This document shows, in pieces, positions 60,223 through 64,000 of a stretch of 64,000 bases of DNA. The position numbers and the translations under genes were made by a program. The notes below the pieces were generated by a model. The model saw only the letters and a program-made list of their open reading frames with translations. It was not told the origin of the DNA and searched no databases. Within the stretch, counting starts at the first letter, position 1. Every line of letters starts with the position of its first letter. Location of the stretch: the NCBI GenBank assembly GCA_964016885.1, contig OZ024743.1, forward strand, positions 54,870,001 to 54,934,000, read 5' to 3'. The DNA comes from Eledone cirrhosa (taxonomy: Eukaryota).

Positions 60223-60293
<71 letters not shown>

Positions 60294-60345
60294 AAAAAGT
60301 ATAACCCCGACGGCAGAGCCCAAGCCGTTTCGACGGCTATTTCTC

Positions 60346-60441
<96 letters not shown>

Positions 60442-60482
60442 CACACACAAACACATACACACACACACACATATATATAGTG

Positions 60483-60537
<55 letters not shown>

Positions 60538-60626
60538 ATATATTTTAAAACTTTCTCTCTATTTGCTAGACCTTGATTATATATATATATAGCGATTCTT
60601 TGCTTAAACTTTAATCTGTTATTTTA

Positions 60627-60705
<79 letters not shown>

Positions 60706-60714
<9 letters not shown>

Positions 60715-61131
60715 AGGAGGTGAGTTTTATTGTAGTACAATAAAGCAATGCAGATATCGGATAAGTAGCACTCTACAGTTTGTAGGACTGGAGTATAAAT
60801 AATAATATATGAGATCAAAAGATGGTTAAAAGAGTTCCATGTATTTTATTATGCATATTTCAAAAACAAATATCATCATGCAATAACATTTGCGTTTTCG
60901 TCAGATAAAATAGGGAGACATGATATGAAAGTTAAAACACACTTGTGAATAGTGCAGTTTTAAATCAACATATGTTGATTTAAAACTGCACTATTCACAA
61001 GTGTGTTTTAACTTTCATATCATGTCTCCCTATTTTATCTGACGAAAACGCAAATGTTATTGCATGATGATATTTGTTTTTGAAATATGCATAATAAAAT
61101 ACATGGAACTCTTTTAACCATCTTTTGATCT

Positions 61132-61140
<9 letters not shown>
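60706..61140. mobile_element. Near-perfect palindromic element with hammerheads 61031-61101 (+) and 60842-60912 (-)
   Basis: Centre at 60971/60972; tattttat-CTGACGA-aaac.caaat...atttgttttt-GAAA-tatgca-TA-ataaaata. Confidence 0.85.
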
Positions 61141-61227
<87 letters not shown>

Positions 61228-61299
61228 GTATATATTTATCTGTATATATATATTTATATATGTATTGAATTGCAATCTCGTTCGTACTTCTCACTTCGA

Positions 61300-62300
61300 A
61301 TAAAGGTACCTACGACTCAGCGCTATCATAGATCTGGTGGTATAACTGAATTGGAAGCTTTGCTCATCAGCGCTGGTTGACAAATCTCCTAAGAATATGT
61401 CAACTCTGACTCGAATCCCAGACAGATGGAGGTTTGTTTGTCTTAAGGCATCTATCTAAGAAAGGTACACTTCAAAATAACATCTAGGACCGGAGTGTTT
61501 CACTGACACCATCTTAGCTTATTGAGATATGGAATATGTACTTTCGGTCTATAGGGTTGGGCGGGTACTGCGCATATTACAATCCATCTAAGACATGCCC
61601 ATGTCTAAGACCGTCTTTTAACAATTAAAGAAGCCCTGTTGCGTTGAGAAGGGAGATATGCAGTTCTGGTGTTTCATACAAAGGGTTCGGGTGTATGTAT
61701 CACCTGATTTCAACCTGGAGACGACGAACGCATTCAGCAGCACCTTGAATGAGCAAGGAGCGTACTCTAAAGACAAAACTGGTTGCTTCACGTGGAGATG
61801 GACCCAGGAACATTGACCTAATCAAACATTGACCTAATCAAAGACCAAGCGAAGGCTTCGAGGGATTCAGAACATGTAACGGACTGACGGACAAACCTTG
61901 GAAATAGAAATAATTTGCGAAGATGTAAGTAACTACAGAGAATTTTACAAAGCTTTAATGTCAGTTTACGGCCCTTTCTTGTACACCCAAAATCCTTGTG
62001 CAATGCAGAGAGACATGTACTATTCAAAAACAGAACATGACTCAGAAATCGATGGTCAGAACATTTCTAAACTCTTCTCAGCAATCCATCTCATCTATCA
62101 AGAACCAGTGAAAACAGCTAGACGAGACCCCAGCCCCATAAGAGAAGTTAAAGGTCATAAAATAGCTGAAAAGCGGAAGGGAGGTAGTAGTTGATCTCCC
62201 CAGAGATATGAATACTAGTGGGCAAGCACTGCACATCTCTTTGTTCAAACTTGAACACTCTTCGTCGGAACTAAGGAGGAACCAACAGTTACAATCTATT
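61300..62300 (+). pseudogene. Old RTE/BovB-like LINE fragments
   Basis: LGWAG..H motif near 61555; NYREFYKALMSVYGP at ~61930-61975 resembles the RTE endonuclease-RT linker; heavily decayed. Confidence 0.55.
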
Positions 62301-63287
62301 TTGAAGTTGGTGCCATAGTTTTATCAAGGTTTAACAGTGTGAAATCGGAGATCACTGCTTATTGGTATAAAGTAGCACCACAAACTGTATAGTTAAACGA
62401 CAGCCGTGGTCGATGTTATATATTATTGAAGTATAAGATATATAGCAGAAGGCTAGCCATTTCTACAGAAGCATACGTAAATCACAAAAGACGCCATTCT
62501 GTGGTGTATGATGTTAAAATAGCTAAAGCTTGCAACATTATTCACAAGTCATAAATTTGAAGAGAAATCGACCGACAACTATGAATTTAAAACTGTCATT
62601 TTGCTTCCACTTTAGTTGATAGCCTAAAACATTTTTGCCTGGCCTTCTGTATTGACCACGATCTCTTTGAAACCTCCCGCATACACCGCACAGACACAGA
62701 CTCACAAGCTCTATGGCCATTAACCGTAAAAGGATAAAACAAAGAAAAACCGAAAGAAGTATTTAGAAAGTAAACAAACAGTAAAATATTCTGGTATCGC
62801 CATAAAAAAATAGTTTAATGTTGTATGGTCATCACGGATTTCTTTTATTGCCTTTGCTCGTAATGTCGTTTTTATAACGTTTGTTCATTTAAAGATAGTT
62901 TTGTGGCATTTTCGGCGGAGTTGCTACAGCCAAATGTGATACTGCGGAACAGCCAGCACGGCTGCTCTTTTACAACGTTTGTCACATCTGTCAAAAGGAA
63001 GAGAAATCAGTATAGAAAACAGTTATTATTGTCTGATTTATAAACATTATATAACAAATTATTGGTCGTCGTCTCCCCTTTTCTTTCTTCGGTCTTCTTC
63101 AGTGGCAATCGTTGTCAAAATCGGCCATAATTGTCCGTTATATACAGCGTTCATTACGCCCGAGTCATATTAACAGCAACAACAACTTACTGGAACATCT
63201 GTGTGTCAGACCTTTCTCGAATATTTTAATCCACGGACGTTCCTTACACCCATTCCTTCCACTCTTTTTATTATGTATATATATATA

Positions 63288-63478
<191 letters not shown>

Positions 63479-63529
63479 GTATATATACATATCTATATAT
63501 ATATATATGTATATATATATGTATATATG

Positions 63530-63600
<71 letters not shown>

Positions 63601-63653
63601 CATCTGCATAACATTTGAACAACAAGGGAAGAAAACAATAACAATATATATAT

Positions 63654-63712
<59 letters not shown>

Positions 63713-64000
63713 TATATATATATAAATATATATTGTTATTGTTTTCTTCCCTCGTTGTTCAAATGTTATGCAGAAACAAAACGCAGGAAAACTAGAGAAG
63801 TCGATAATAACTGTGGCAGGGACATTTCTCAAATAGATGGTATTTGCCAGGAAACAACTGAATCACTAGCATTATATACTCGTAAAAATCCAGCATATGA
63901 CGTCATTGCTATTACAATTTCCCCCTCCCCCCTATCCGTTATTTCTAACCATTTATCTAAATTTTCTTTCATTTGTGGACAAATGCTGTCACATCTATTG

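Noticed and set aside
62706-62832. Minus-strand signal-peptide-like first exon (..FLWRYQNILLFVYFLNTSFGFSLFYPFTVNGHRA|GTGAGT)
   Set aside because: In-frame TAA five codons after the only ATG and no downstream exons identified; needs RNA-seq.

Overview
AT-rich eukaryotic non-genic or intronic DNA, most likely from an octopus or other coleoid cephalopod. That assignment is an inference from the tRNA-derived Nin/Deu- and CORE-type SINEs and the extreme (TA)n/(CA)n density. No host gene is confidently identifiable, and nearly all ORFs in the track are microsatellite artefacts. The window is a mosaic of mobile elements set between (TA)n tracts. Penelope-like retroelements (PLEs) are present as three Naiad-type families (DKT and YRDD RT plus GIY-YIG), a Penelope/Poseidon-like family (DKG, YVDD) and a Neptune-like fragment. 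There are also RTE LINE fragments, SINEs, a Tc1/mariner end, a Tigger-like MITE and a head-to-tail Helitron dimer. The main hidden signal, read by eye, is about 19 sequence-unrelated families and more than 30 copies of type I hammerhead ribozyme (HHR) motifs. Many sit in short non-coding fold-back elements with a ribozyme on each strand. One 543-nt ORF-less unit begins exactly at its own predicted HHR cleavage site (retrozyme-like). Several HHRs have non-canonical cores (U3-A8 swap, U4C/U4A) or very long stem II. All coordinates and folds were derived manually and need computational confirmation.
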